Positions 34,701 through 44,294 of a DNA stretch of 64,000 nucleotides are shown piece after piece. The position numbers and the translations under genes are program-made. Source of the DNA: Corallochytrium limacisporum Hawaii (taxonomy: Eukaryota; Protista; Pluriformea). The DNA is taken from NCBI GenBank assembly GCA_002811645.1, contig PDIP01000009.1:1-64000 (forward strand). Reading direction: 5' to 3'. Under the pieces are notes generated by a model. That model saw nothing but the letters and a program-made list of their open reading frames with translations. It made no database searches and was not told the origin of the DNA. Each line of letters starts with the position of its first letter. Position 1 is the first letter of the stretch.

Positions 34701-34937
34701 GTCGAGGATCTCCTCCTTTGAGAGACCAAGACTTTGTAAGAATTCGGTGTCAGTTTCATATTCCCAGCTACCCTTTCGTTTCACCCACTGACCGTCTCTC
34801 TTCAGCTTCTTGTCAAGCCTTTCTTCCGGCCATGGATCTGGTTGCTTGCTGGCAAATCGACGTATCGATGCCGCATGAGTCTGGCTCCAGCCCGTCAAGG
34901 GAGCCCGCAGCATCCCTCGGACCCAGGTGCCGATCAT
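28740..34937 (-). CDS. POLG: Mitochondrial DNA polymerase gamma catalytic subunit, unusually long (2065 aa)
   Basis: Presequence-like N-terminus; NPTHIQML; ExoI FDVEV, ExoII GHNVTFDRAR, ExoIII YCASDV; GTVTRRAVE; PolA VGADVDSQELWIA, PolB RDEAKILNYARIYGAG, PolC ISIHDEVR. Confidence 0.96.
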   Translation of the reverse strand: MIGTWVRGMLRAPLTGWSQTHAASIRRFASKQPDPWPEERLDKKLKRDGQWVKRKGSWEYETDTEFLQSLGLSKEEILDLAEPREGEKPKRRYKIPPAPKERHRVINLDSKELEKLYRMRDDELAKWYASDYARLEMRYPYDSLVTEWSEAIDDYMKTSNVEGAAQYFEYGDGRIIMDKDGNMLADQEMLPRIVPENPNSGPALTFEDSDKPAAFEVPGCGLQDIEKRSGGRDPFLPKPYAPPRIKRIEDQWYPLQRRPIHQPWQEEPDLLRSLTELLMFTATNDTKFKNLEEIPLEPLSFRRATELAELHQLPIDFICEDDRPELLPEIYGCDASQIINGSVYGDLFPYAGNPTQAVRDRWIEPGWEGYDMCVKEALEPKLDEEPRRNPTHIQMLPTFLRRAAFGPGHQFKVDGEDDPEKHRKYRERTFKYFPESIPPPMKIPNIKMPGLEGNNIGEHFFQIGERYSKPMRWRIEDLIRNDAPEMPTKWAQIAGWTRYNKDGSWSHFDELPREKAIIFDVEVMMAEGQGPALAVALSKDYWYSWCSEKLAMKTRPTVESFYELEAGQRFRREFDLIRLGEHSSQSDFDPEDGRNECVVIGHNVTFDRARVHEEYNIYRSRYRFLDTLSMHFCVGGLSTQQIALKAKHMNNTVKYMKPEEEAEIAKRTFPFIGPLKQRSGSQKPIKSVSHMEAAAVAEFGHFGGADFELDIDAEGLADMMMKSAEHGLESGSESASEFQEPALGGGTSLGEAEESDEFASSAEDVLDLSRTEDAIEEVSSEIPDLEKKKREIHNPELYDEALVREMGIKPNTNNDDHGPWADASSGASLAAIYELYCGEQLKKETRDLFVDGHVWDVWDNFQKAMKYCASDVKATHEIMQVMWPLWITKCPHPVSLVGLTELASAYLPINEAWDDYIMRCSSLYEALMAESDELLRAVALKVVREHWHDRPENDPWLKNLNWDTDTMHYTQAKFNLDGTFKAEPKLRSPMENRLPRWFRTLDRDGLNRPVVTLQTHNLPYLMKLRYMGSPLKYDARFGWYWEKRAQNRDEYERITHQDPYWVSRLSKETDLLMAFRFPHKEGMNKNVAKPLSGNVVSMIEKGDLTSDNAQESLIRVVEIANLVSFWEKFVERLEDQFVIWNLDNRFKMDRDNFEGIDPRDSPVTNKVSGAILPSLIPHGTVTRRAVEPLWMTATAPKFNRIGSELKCQVIAPPGWNFVGADVDSQELWIASIIGDSWDSRTSGVTPFSWMTLQGKKSNKTDLHSVTAALAGISRDEAKILNYARIYGAGPSFAVQLLRRFNTRASKDEIKARAEKLYSETKGTRYFLDGISRTYIDEDFFPDPGETILDEPLDMKYEGGTESQMFTALENIAMEHGVTPVLDVKVSNTLEPERLTGVLEGSFSTSRINWVVQSSAVDYLHLMLVNMRWLFEEYDIQGRFAISIHDEVRFLCHQEDSLRCAMAMQATNLHVRAMFAFKLGMQDLPLAAAFFSGVDIDHCIRKEPDDDALTPSNPYPVPHGVSLNVHELCAMTGGSLVSKEDRRRHELNVAHRWHQFENVYLNTTEDTRPFMPNVDPDVWPLPGAPFKLPRHWKDMPAGETILEPDLYLQRYDEVLDQYLRWEENFVDKLAAQYAQQSIADELWHADMTDAEAGGGPDLDHLQAATLSPLDWVMTLSKPGHVNNMDDAGPDAHANELIILRKANAELEFRRLVRDVYSEAIALYGRFPWEPERFGEVLEDADIKETLWDAWQDDRLSRFGTVLFEHLETVKGIRMPFNRDELDRLKLLLFRLGYFLKRERREPQELLTPTMSAALHRHPRVNNAGDGLSLVPGAGHAPMDWLDPMVDAKNTAVTGAGLRASREFNVQGYDAPEFVAAASTVDDTGGRICGSLVAARAATVMRSSDAWMRQFAPLTDEDIVDILSSTDDDLRQVRIREDFLNVIASSQTDTPESSLKTLAPMMEREWDAWIRDLPLHTKARDTLEAVLNPSSWQGSAPQAQLQEDQRSLTPGERLRQRWLAMRKTQLRGAYDAEASAMRQPLTMMPESEGEGASKETSSTAAERQQWP

Positions 34938-35634
34938 GTCACTCCAATAATTGACTTAATCATCGCGTATCTATCACAATCGCAGTATTTTCACTCACAA
35001 AATTCTGTTCTCTTTCAAAATTCGAATGGGCTTATGCATGCCCTCAGGGCACGTTGTCAACATGGATGCGTACGGACCCGTGCCGATTCGCACCCCTTGC
35101 CTATCCAATACCAGATCCAATACTAGACTTCGCGTTTCCAGTGTGTAAGTCAACTGTATCTTTTTACCCAAACCGTATAATGATAAATGTAAATATTTCT
35201 CTCCAAAACCGAGAATCTGAGCAACGTGCGCTGGTGGATCGTGCTTGGCGAGTCTACCGGTCGGTATGCGTGCTGTGTGTCTCTTTTGAGACCCTGTCCT
35301 TCTCCAAACCACACTTGCCCTCGGGGCGGTCGTGGCGCGAAAAGCCAAGTGGAGAAAATGTACGGGGGCCTATTTTTATGACCCGTCCGAACTCTGTTTC
35401 CCTCCCTATTATGTCCGTGTCACCTAAGATCTCTCCTGACCGGGTGCCCTGCTATTTTTAGTGGTAGTTGGAAAAGGGTTTTGGCGGATGGCACAGATGA
35501 TCGCAGAATCGGATTGCGTACCGTTTTGTTTACAGACTGATGCCTTCAAATAATTTTTAATGGGCATTTAAAATACCAAGAATTGACAATTACAATGTAA
35601 ATCTGTCGTATGTCAACCTGATCCCACCTAAAGC

Positions 35635-37251
35635 ATGGCGACTGTTTCTGCACATCCTGTACATACCTATGTTGACGAGGAGCTGGAGGTAGTGGTAACC
35701 GGACTGGAACAAGGGTCCACGGTTCTGGTGTCTGTGGAACTCGCAGGGAATAGGCCACGCCAAAGATTCTTCGGCGGTGGGGTGTACAAGGCATCACCGA
35801 ATGGTCAAGTGAGAACTTCAGTCTACGAGTCGGATCAGAGCTATGGAATTCCACCCACTCTACAGACATGTCAGCGGCACCAGGACATTTGGAAGGCAGC
35901 ACATGAACAGAACAAGGATGTTGAACGTGTGCCAGTCATGCCTTGTGACTGCAACGATTACTACCCATTCGAAACGGCCACTTATGGGGGTTCCGAAGCC
36001 ATGGGTTTGTTCTGGAGCATCACGGCCTGCGAGCACGGCGGCCGTTTCTTTAAAGCACGTCCCATGGAACACGATAAACTGTTCATCTACGTCTTTCTTC
36101 TGGATTCACCAACGGTGAATATTACGCAGTACGCACCCATAGCCCACACGGTGGCATACCGGTACTATGTTGCGCCGGGCACCCGGCGAGTCGAAGTTTC
36201 CGACGGCACGCTGCGCGGTTGTCTCTACGTCCCTCCGTGTGCAAAGCCGGCATTGCAGTATGGGGCCCCTTGTGACCTTGGGGAACTGCAGTCGTCCAGA
36301 TCATCTCTCTGCAGCCATGGGCAAAGGTACCCTGCCATGCTGGACATGCAGGGAAGCACAGGCGGCCTCATCGAACACCGTGCTGCCATGCTCAGCCGTT
36401 ACGGCTTCATGGTCTTCGCTTTGGGATATTTTGGCTACAAGGACCGGCCCAAGATCCTCGAAGAAGTGGACACCGTACACTTTGATGAAGCGGTGCGATA
36501 CCTATACAACCATGAACTGACCCTTGATCGCATGGTGGGTATAGTTGGTCTGTCTCGCGGAGCCCAGAACGGCATGCAAGCTACCATCCGCAACCCAGAC
36601 CTAGTCAAAGCCTTTGTGTGCATAAGCGGAACCCACCTGCGGGTCTGTCCTGCGTTCATGACCAATGGTGTGGTGGAACGTTGCGCAGACATCCATTACG
36701 AACTGCTTGATCCAAGCGTCAAGTATTTGTCGACACTTAAGGCGATGAGCCCATTCGTGGACAGGTACCATCCAGACCCCCCATGGCTCACCGAAGTTCA
36801 CTGGCGTGCCGAGACAGCTAAGGCTCACTATCTCTTCATTGCTGGTGGCGACGACCAGCACTGGAACAGCACCCAGATGCATCAAAACGTGGTTGATCGT
36901 CTACAAGAAAACAACTATCCCTACGACTTCCAGTCGGTGTCCTACCCGGGCGCGGGGCATATCATCGATCCGGCTTACTATCCTTCGTGCAGCTGTTCGT
37001 TCAATTTTCACAAGCTCATGCAGTGCTATGGCGTATGGGGTGGTAGTCTGCGGCCGAATGCGCACGCATATGTGCATTCATGGCATCTCATGATCGATTT
37101 TCTCGAGAAGCATCTTAAGGCGCCACGGCATCCAAACCTGGTGGTGCGAAGCATGCGCAGTGCAGTCATCACCACTCCGAAAGATATCCCAACGACTAGA
37201 GTGCTGTCGGGTACGCTGCGGCCGGATTCAAAGCATCATTCCAGAATGTAA
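35635..37251 (+). CDS. Type-I acyl-CoA thioesterase / BAAT-family hydrolase with C-terminal PTS1-like SRM (538 aa)
   Basis: MGLFWS, GGLIEHRAAMLSRYGF..ALGYFGY.D.P, nucleophile GLSRGA, GGDDQHW, YPGAGHII; ends ...HHSRM-stop. Confidence 0.9.
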   Translation: MATVSAHPVHTYVDEELEVVVTGLEQGSTVLVSVELAGNRPRQRFFGGGVYKASPNGQVRTSVYESDQSYGIPPTLQTCQRHQDIWKAAHEQNKDVERVPVMPCDCNDYYPFETATYGGSEAMGLFWSITACEHGGRFFKARPMEHDKLFIYVFLLDSPTVNITQYAPIAHTVAYRYYVAPGTRRVEVSDGTLRGCLYVPPCAKPALQYGAPCDLGELQSSRSSLCSHGQRYPAMLDMQGSTGGLIEHRAAMLSRYGFMVFALGYFGYKDRPKILEEVDTVHFDEAVRYLYNHELTLDRMVGIVGLSRGAQNGMQATIRNPDLVKAFVCISGTHLRVCPAFMTNGVVERCADIHYELLDPSVKYLSTLKAMSPFVDRYHPDPPWLTEVHWRAETAKAHYLFIAGGDDQHWNSTQMHQNVVDRLQENNYPYDFQSVSYPGAGHIIDPAYYPSCSCSFNFHKLMQCYGVWGGSLRPNAHAYVHSWHLMIDFLEKHLKAPRHPNLVVRSMRSAVITTPKDIPTTRVLSGTLRPDSKHHSRM

Positions 37252-37791
37252 GGCAGGGACTGTGATGTTACCTCACTTGTGATTTCATGGTGCCGCCATG
37301 AACTCCGCCGCTGATCGGTCCGCCACCATCAACCACCTGGCTCATATCGCCAGCTGCAACCCCCCCAAATTAAATCGTCTAAAGGGACCAAGGAATATGG
37401 AAAAATAGACCCCCATCAATCTCCTTTAAACCTCATTTCAGAAATTGCTCCCCAGACGAGGCCCACTTCTCGGAAGCGCTCCCCTGGATCAATATTTTTG
37501 AAGGGGTTTTGTTTTTTGGGTGAGTTGTTGGGTGGGTGGGTTGGTTTGAGCTTTTTCTTTTTGTGCCAAAAAGCCCCAGGAAGAAAGCCACCGGGAGCCC
37601 CAGACTACAGAGAAACGGGACCCCGGTCCTGAACCCAAACCCCTCCACGCTCCCCGGCGGGGGGGATGCGGGTTGTGGCTGTATATATTGATGATGGGAG
37701 GTTGGATCTCACTTTGTGTGGCAAGCACCAAGCTGAGAGAGACAGGGGAGTGTAAGAGACCGTAAGGGCGAGGGGCGATGCGAATGACAAC

Positions 37792-37794
<3 letters not shown>

Positions 37795-37830
<36 letters not shown>
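37795..37830. repeat. (AC)18 microsatellite
   Basis: Read directly. Confidence 0.95.
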
Positions 37831-37835
<5 letters not shown>

Positions 37836-38465
37836 AAAAGCCAGTCACTCGGATTTTTGCGGGAGGAATGTCGTAGAGAAGAAGGCGCCTACCTGTTCAG
37901 TACCCACTGCGGTCGGGTTTCGATCCCCCCCTTGGCCACTTTCGAGCTCGGGGGGTGGGTGTTCGTGCATTGCGTGCTTTGAGCGCGGACGAAGGCACGG
38001 GCACACAGAGCGGTTATAGACACAGGCAAGACACAGAGGGAGTTAGGGAGAGAGGGAGCGAGAGCGAGAGGGCGGGGGGGGTGGATGAAAAGAGGCAGTG
38101 AGTAGAATTTTGTCGTCCTCGTTCGATGGGAGACTAGACCATGGCCACTACCATGGGTGCTAACTTTGGTTCCCGCTGTCTGTTTTAATATCATCATTCA
38201 TAATGGTAGTGTGATAAAAAATTGTTGTTGTGTGTGAGCAATGCGCCTCAATTACTGAGTATCTTGCCGACCTCACTGTTTGCCAGCAGACACCGTGTAC
38301 TCACTTATCGGTGGCCGGGTCAATTGAACTGCCTTCCTGATACTCGATACCTGCAGCTGCGGGTATTTACAGAGTCAAGAGACACTATTCAAATGCGCGA
38401 TGCACAGGTATCAATGGTTTCCATTCGGTGGAGATAACCGTATCGCAATTTTATACTAAGTTATC

Positions 38466-38990
38466 ATGTCTTTGTGCCGTCAGAACTTCAGCGAGGAAGC
38501 TGAGCGTGTGCTCAACGAACAGATCAACATGGAGTTGACTGCTTCCTACGTATACCTGAGCATGGCCACCTACTTCGAGCGTGAGGATGTTGCTTTGCCC
38601 GGTCTGCGCAAATTCTTCTACAACAGTTCGGAAGAGGAACGTGAGCACGCCCAGAAGTTCATCAGCTACGTTCTTGCCCGTGGTGGTAAGGTTAACTACC
38701 GCTCCATCAGCGCCCCTGAGAGCGAGTGGAAGAGCGCCACGAACGCCGTGGAAGCTGCCCTGAACCTTGAGAAGAGTGTCAACGAGTCTCTGCTGAAGGT
38801 CCACAAGCTTGCCAGCGACTTCGACGATGCCAACCTGACTGATTTCCTTGAGGGCAACTATCTGCACGAGCAGGTAGAGGCGCAGAAGCAGCTCTCCGAC
38901 TACCTGACGCAGCTGCGCCGCGTCGGCAACGACGGCATGGGTTTGTATCTGTGGGACCGCGATTTGCTGGAACGCCTGGAGGAGGCCTAA
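38466..38990 (+). CDS. Ferritin, cytosolic H-type with ferroxidase residues (174 aa)
   Basis: RQNF, QINMELTASYVYLSMA.YF.R.DVAL.G, EEEREHA, RGG, ALNLEKSVNESLL, DFLE..YL.EQV. Confidence 0.97.
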   Translation: MSLCRQNFSEEAERVLNEQINMELTASYVYLSMATYFEREDVALPGLRKFFYNSSEEEREHAQKFISYVLARGGKVNYRSISAPESEWKSATNAVEAALNLEKSVNESLLKVHKLASDFDDANLTDFLEGNYLHEQVEAQKQLSDYLTQLRRVGNDGMGLYLWDRDLLERLEEA

Positions 38991-39316
38991 GTATTATAGG
39001 GTTCATAACTGGATCTTCACAAGGAAACCTGCTTATCGGTGCACGACACTGTGCGGGCACAGCAACCCGGGCTGCGAACAACAGAACAGTTACTGTACTT
39101 TGTATGGAGTGTGAGGGCGGTACACAAGTTTTGTAAACTTTTTGAACTTCACAAAACAAGACATGTCAAGTCCGCGCACTTCATAAATATCTGAAGTAAA
39201 TTCATGTATCCCATTTCTGGAAATCTCAAGCCACTAAGATACGGGGAAATACAATTCAAAAATGAACACTTTAAATCTATTAGGATTCCTTACGACAAGG
39301 AACAAATCAGACAGAT

Positions 39317-42259
39317 CTACTTGGCAATGGTCATCAGATGACTCTTGGTATTTTCCGCGCATCCACTCACTAATTGATTGAATGCTTCCACGCTGTAAAC
39401 ATGCTGCAATTCCTTGATCTTCTCCCTCACCACCTGCTTCATGCTCAAGCGGAACACTGCATCATTCTTTTGAAGTGACCGCCGCCTCAGGTACTCTGGA
39501 CTGCCTTCCTCGTCCGCTAATTCCTCTTCTGTCATCATCAGCATGTCCTCCACACCGGCCTCGTCAGGTGCCATCTCCAGTGCAATGCCGATCACAAGGT
39601 CGAGGATACGTGGCAAACGACTAGCAATGACATCATCCTTAATTGTCGACACGTTCGCAAGCGCAAGGCCCGAAAGCTTACGACGGTTAATCATGCCAAT
39701 GGTATCGTTCATCTCCATCCATTTATCAAGGAAGGCAAGGAATGGTGATCCCTGCATCATGCCACCCTTGTTGTTGAAGTACATGAGCATGCCATTGAAG
39801 TTGACCACGGTATACCTGTGGAAAATGGACATGTATGAGGGAATGATCGGAGGGTAGTCGGAAGTGGAAGGATCGAGTTCCATGAATCGTGACAGGACAT
39901 GATCTAGAATGGGAGCAAGATATGTAGGGCCTTCTTGCGGGAAGAGCTGCAACACTAAGTCCACAACCTTAAGCACTTCATGAACTCCATCCGCGCGGAG
40001 ATCTCTGAGCAAAGTCTGGAGAAGCTCCAAAAGTGTTTGCGAATAGAGGTGCAAGAAGTGGGTACCACTCAGCATGAGGTATGACTCCAAGATTTTGATA
40101 CAGGTTTTGAGGCCTTCAGATGCCTGTAGCATGTAAGGTGGGAGACGCGGGAACATATTGAGCAAGTCTTCAGTCGGCTCGTCGGTCGTCTTGAGCACAT
40201 CCAACCAAAGCTCGAGGGCATCTTCAGCAAGATAAATGTGTGCCTCCTCGTTGACATCCAGTGCATAGTTGATGATTGGGAGCAGGAACTGATGTAAATG
40301 AACACTCTGCTCGCGTACTGCCCGCACGAGATGACCAAATGTCGACAGGATCGCGGCCTTGAGCATATTGTGGTCCTCATCGATGGCAAGCTGCCAGCAA
40401 CCGGCCATCAGCCGTACGATCGTCTCAGCTGCGCCTCCAATTTGTCTCTCCAATCTCTCAGTAATTGTACCGATGCAAGTTATCAACCTGGTCTTTGTAT
40501 CTGCTTCATCAGCACGCTCAATCATCTTCGCAATTGATGTCAGAATCGATTCAACATGCGGCAAAAAAGCGGCCTTCTCGAAGCCCAGGTCATCAACCAA
40601 CTCTTTCACAGTGAAAGCGGCAGTTAATGCGACAACTTTGTCTTGTTCAACTTCCATGAGGGCTGCAAGAGTACCGTATGCATTCTGTCTGCTCTCCGAA
40701 TTCATCTTTACTCCAACCCAGTAGCCCATCAGCTCACAAACGCGGCGCCTAATGACCGGGTGAGACCCACTCGACGGGTTTAACTCTATCAAAAGCTTCG
40801 ATTGAAGCCAACCGTCGAAGTCCAGTTTTTCATACAAATCATATGAGCCCAGTCCCACTGCATTGTAGATGGCATCCTTCAGAAGGATACTGTTCATATC
40901 CTGGCTGTTAATGGGAATTTCGCTGGCTTGTTGAAGAAGTCCAACCACACACTCACCGGTCGGCTTCTGATGTTCAAAGAGCAACGCGGTATAGAAATTC
41001 TCCGCACATGGACGAAGCAAAAACTTCCAGTTATCGCCACCTTCTTCTTGAATAAAGTCCTCTGGTTCATTTTGCCATTGCTCTAGGTCCTGTGGCTTCA
41101 TGATCACGTACTTGGAGATCAATACCTCGGTGATCTTTTGGATACGATCGCTGGTGAAGAATGAGTCAACTATCTTGAAACCGTCCGTGTCCTTTGCTTT
41201 GTATGAGCTACATTTCAGTACATGCTTCAGGAAAATACAGCTGTGAATGATGACCTTTTCATCAATTTCAATAGCCCCATGACCATAGTGAATGATACAG
41301 TCCCCAAAGCAATCTAGAAAAGCTGGAAGAAGGGGCACAATTGCTGTGTGATGATGATCCTGCACTTGCACAACTAGCTTTGCCATCGATACCATCAATC
41401 GATCACCGACTGCTACGAACGACTCGTACTTCGCGATCAGCTCTTTACGAGTCGCCGGGTTGCCCACCTTCATGATCAGAAGTTTCAAGAGATCTAGAAG
41501 GTATTTCATGAATGTCAGGGTACCATTCTCATATGAAAGGTCCTTAAACCCATGGACCAGGAATACGCGCGTTGTCTTGGCCGCCAAAAGCGCACGATTG
41601 CCAGCCATAACCGCAGCGTGAATCTGTTGATCTGCTACAGGGATGCCATGGGATATAGAGTCCGCAATGCTCACAGCAAGTTGAGAATATGCCTCTCCGT
41701 GCTTCCACATGAACTCTGCCATCGGTCCAACCAATTGACCGGCCATGTCTCGGAACAGTTGACGATCCGGTCCAAGTCGCTTTGCTGCAAGCACCTTAAC
41801 CATCCCCTTCATGAACTGAAGGGATCGTAACTGAACTAGAGAGTCACTGTCCTGCAGTACTCCATTCATCAAGTATGGAACCAGCTCTGGCCACTCCCTA
41901 GGAACATCAAACCGTGAAATCTTGCCAACCACCGCTACTATTTGTACACAGATCTTCTCATTCTCTAAATTGGAAATGTGTGTCATCAAAATTTCACGAA
42001 CAAATTTCTTGTCGCTATCATTAACTACATTTCCCGCCGTTTTGCGCCATTTCTTATCTGCTCCGTTTTTGAGCATCATAGCAGCCAGCAAGCGAACTTC
42101 AACTGCGAGGTTCGCATCGAAGACAAGCTTACAAAGACTGGGGTAGAAGCCAGTCTCATCTGACCACGAGTGCAATTGTGTTTCTGCCTCCTGCAACACC
42201 CGAGGGTCCTGGCTGGTCGCTGCCTGCAGCTTCTCTACTAACATCTGATCCTGCATCAT
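39317..42259 (-). CDS. IPO11: Importin-11 (980 aa)
   Basis: Importin-beta N domain (AETQL..W, LKNG.DKKWRK), KISRFDVPREWPEL, LRPCAE, LLKDAIYNAVGL, YLAEDALELW, RRKLSGLAL. Confidence 0.9.
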   Translation of the reverse strand: MMQDQMLVEKLQAATSQDPRVLQEAETQLHSWSDETGFYPSLCKLVFDANLAVEVRLLAAMMLKNGADKKWRKTAGNVVNDSDKKFVREILMTHISNLENEKICVQIVAVVGKISRFDVPREWPELVPYLMNGVLQDSDSLVQLRSLQFMKGMVKVLAAKRLGPDRQLFRDMAGQLVGPMAEFMWKHGEAYSQLAVSIADSISHGIPVADQQIHAAVMAGNRALLAAKTTRVFLVHGFKDLSYENGTLTFMKYLLDLLKLLIMKVGNPATRKELIAKYESFVAVGDRLMVSMAKLVVQVQDHHHTAIVPLLPAFLDCFGDCIIHYGHGAIEIDEKVIIHSCIFLKHVLKCSSYKAKDTDGFKIVDSFFTSDRIQKITEVLISKYVIMKPQDLEQWQNEPEDFIQEEGGDNWKFLLRPCAENFYTALLFEHQKPTGECVVGLLQQASEIPINSQDMNSILLKDAIYNAVGLGSYDLYEKLDFDGWLQSKLLIELNPSSGSHPVIRRRVCELMGYWVGVKMNSESRQNAYGTLAALMEVEQDKVVALTAAFTVKELVDDLGFEKAAFLPHVESILTSIAKMIERADEADTKTRLITCIGTITERLERQIGGAAETIVRLMAGCWQLAIDEDHNMLKAAILSTFGHLVRAVREQSVHLHQFLLPIINYALDVNEEAHIYLAEDALELWLDVLKTTDEPTEDLLNMFPRLPPYMLQASEGLKTCIKILESYLMLSGTHFLHLYSQTLLELLQTLLRDLRADGVHEVLKVVDLVLQLFPQEGPTYLAPILDHVLSRFMELDPSTSDYPPIIPSYMSIFHRYTVVNFNGMLMYFNNKGGMMQGSPFLAFLDKWMEMNDTIGMINRRKLSGLALANVSTIKDDVIASRLPRILDLVIGIALEMAPDEAGVEDMLMMTEEELADEEGSPEYLRRRSLQKNDAVFRLSMKQVVREKIKELQHVYSVEAFNQLVSGCAENTKSHLMTIAK

Positions 42260-42545
42260 GTGTCTATTCTACAGTCCCTGGATCATCTATCCGGGGAGTC
42301 TATCGTCACCTGTGTCACCCAATCATGTTCTACTCGTCATTCCATGCCGAGTATTCATCACGTCAATTGCACAAATTGCAAATAAGAACTATGTTCCCTC
42401 ATGAGTCACAATTACCTTTCATCAAAGGCACAATGACCTAACCCCACCGTTCCCAGGACTAGACTATGTCGAGCACTTTGGACAAACCCCCAATCCCAGG
42501 GCTCGACGGGGGCGGGGCACTGCGCTTCGCCTGCCTCTCCCTCCC

Positions 42546-42688
42546 NNNNNNNNNNNNNNNNNNNNNNNNNNNNNNNNNNNNNNNNNNNNNNNNNNNNNNN
42601 NNNNNNNNNNNNNNNNNNNNNNNNNNNNNNNNNNNNNNNNNNNNNNNNNNNNNNNNNNNNNNNNNNNNNNNNNNNNNNNNNNNNNNNN
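42546..42688. other. Assembly gap (N run)
   Basis: Run of N bases. Confidence 0.99.
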
Positions 42689-42959
42689 CCCCCCCTCGCG
42701 GGTCACTGCGCACTCGCGTGGCCGACTTCCCCAGCCATTGCCACTCTGACGAGTTGTCCCGGGAAGCTTACCACGCTATGTACTGGGCTTCTGATTCAGT
42801 CCAAAGCTCTCCACAGGATGCCATCGACGTATTTAGGAGTCCTATGGGGCACCAGTACTTCGGCGAAACAATCCGAACCGAAGCCCTTGCGAAAAGTGAC
42901 CGAACACGCCAAACATTCGAAATGAGTCCCTGACTTGCTCTCGTAGCAATTGTTGATTT

Positions 42960-44090
42960 ATGCAGACACAGAACATGGGATCAGACAAGGTGGCCCGCAA
43001 GGATTGGGCCAAGGGACGATTGAAAGACAGGAAAGAGAAGAAATCCAAGAAGGACCGGAAGGAGAAGAAGTCTAAGAAGTCAAAGAAGGATAAGCAGATG
43101 GACAAAATAAAGAGCAACAGAAAGGACAGGAAGGCCAAGAAATCCGAAAAGGACAAGAAGGATAAGAAAGAAAAGAAGTCTTCCAAAAGGAACCAGATAA
43201 AAAATGAGCCCAAGATGGAAGTCGACAGCGGCTCAAACAGATCTTCGAAGCGAAAGATCCCGATCGAACAGGGCTCCTTTGCATACAAATACATGCAGAA
43301 CCTAGGATGGTCGGAAGGTAAAGGACTCGGACGGGAGAAGCAAGGCAATGACCGTGCTGTCAGAGCAGAAATTAAGCGAGATGTGGGTGGCATTGGCTTT
43401 AAGCGCGGACCAGGAGGTGACGAGGGCTTCCATTGGTGGGACCATGTCTTCCGGCAGGCTGCTGGTGGAGTGAACGTGGGCGACGTGGGCGAAGAATCGT
43501 CTCGTGCTGATATCAACTTCACCACTAAGCGCCCGGAGACTCTTGAAAAGATTGAAACGGCGCGCAAAGACAACGGCGGCTTCGTGTTTGGTCGCTTTGT
43601 AAAGTCAAAGAACGAGTATACGGCCACCAAGGATACCAAGAGAGAAGCACCAAAACCGGAGGTCTCAGATGATTCCAGCGATAGCGATCGGGAGGATGAC
43701 AGTGACGACAACATGCGAACCGCACCTAGCTCATCATCACCCATTAAGGCGACATCTCTCTTTGGTCTGACCGATGAAGAACTGCTGCGTCTCTGTGGTG
43801 GTCGGACGGCTCACAAAGCAGCACGACACGGGTTGAAATTGTCCGCGAAACTCGAGCGAGTAGCACGCATGGACGCCGAAGTCAAGTCCTTCGATCACGC
43901 GCGGGACCGTGTGATGAAGAGCTCCAGTAAGTCTCTGAAAGTCGACCATGACCACAAGAAATCAAGGCACGAAGAATCCAACGATGGCATCTCAAGCGAT
44001 GACGAGGACCAGAAGGTACGTGGACCGAGGCGCAAGTTCAACAGCAGCAAGCCCAAGTTCACAGCAATCCGCCCTGTATATCACGATTAA
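42960..44090 (+). CDS. GPATCH4: G-patch domain protein, GPATCH4/Tma23-like (376 aa; start may be ATG 42975)
   Basis: G-patch FAYKYMQNLGWSEGKGLGR..QG, WWDHVF, LTDEELLRLCGGRTAHKAARHG; Lys-rich N-terminus. Confidence 0.88.
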   Translation: MQTQNMGSDKVARKDWAKGRLKDRKEKKSKKDRKEKKSKKSKKDKQMDKIKSNRKDRKAKKSEKDKKDKKEKKSSKRNQIKNEPKMEVDSGSNRSSKRKIPIEQGSFAYKYMQNLGWSEGKGLGREKQGNDRAVRAEIKRDVGGIGFKRGPGGDEGFHWWDHVFRQAAGGVNVGDVGEESSRADINFTTKRPETLEKIETARKDNGGFVFGRFVKSKNEYTATKDTKREAPKPEVSDDSSDSDREDDSDDNMRTAPSSSSPIKATSLFGLTDEELLRLCGGRTAHKAARHGLKLSAKLERVARMDAEVKSFDHARDRVMKSSSKSLKVDHDHKKSRHEESNDGISSDDEDQKVRGPRRKFNSSKPKFTAIRPVYHD

Positions 44091-44294
44091 GATACAACTA
44101 TAGTCGAAAACTAGCACACATGTATACACAGTATCTTTCACGAGTGCAAGAGACTTCTGCTCTAACATTTCAACATTCTTTGACAATAGTGGAAATAAAA
44201 ATGATGCTATTTGGAAACTTTTCTACGGATAGTACATGGATGGATGCAGGGTCGAATACAGACACGACCACAATGTTGATGAAGTGATGCATTT

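Noticed and set aside
38366-38380. CAGAGU as a variant IRE loop upstream of ferritin
   Set aside because: The flanking 5-mers do not pair and there is no bulged C.
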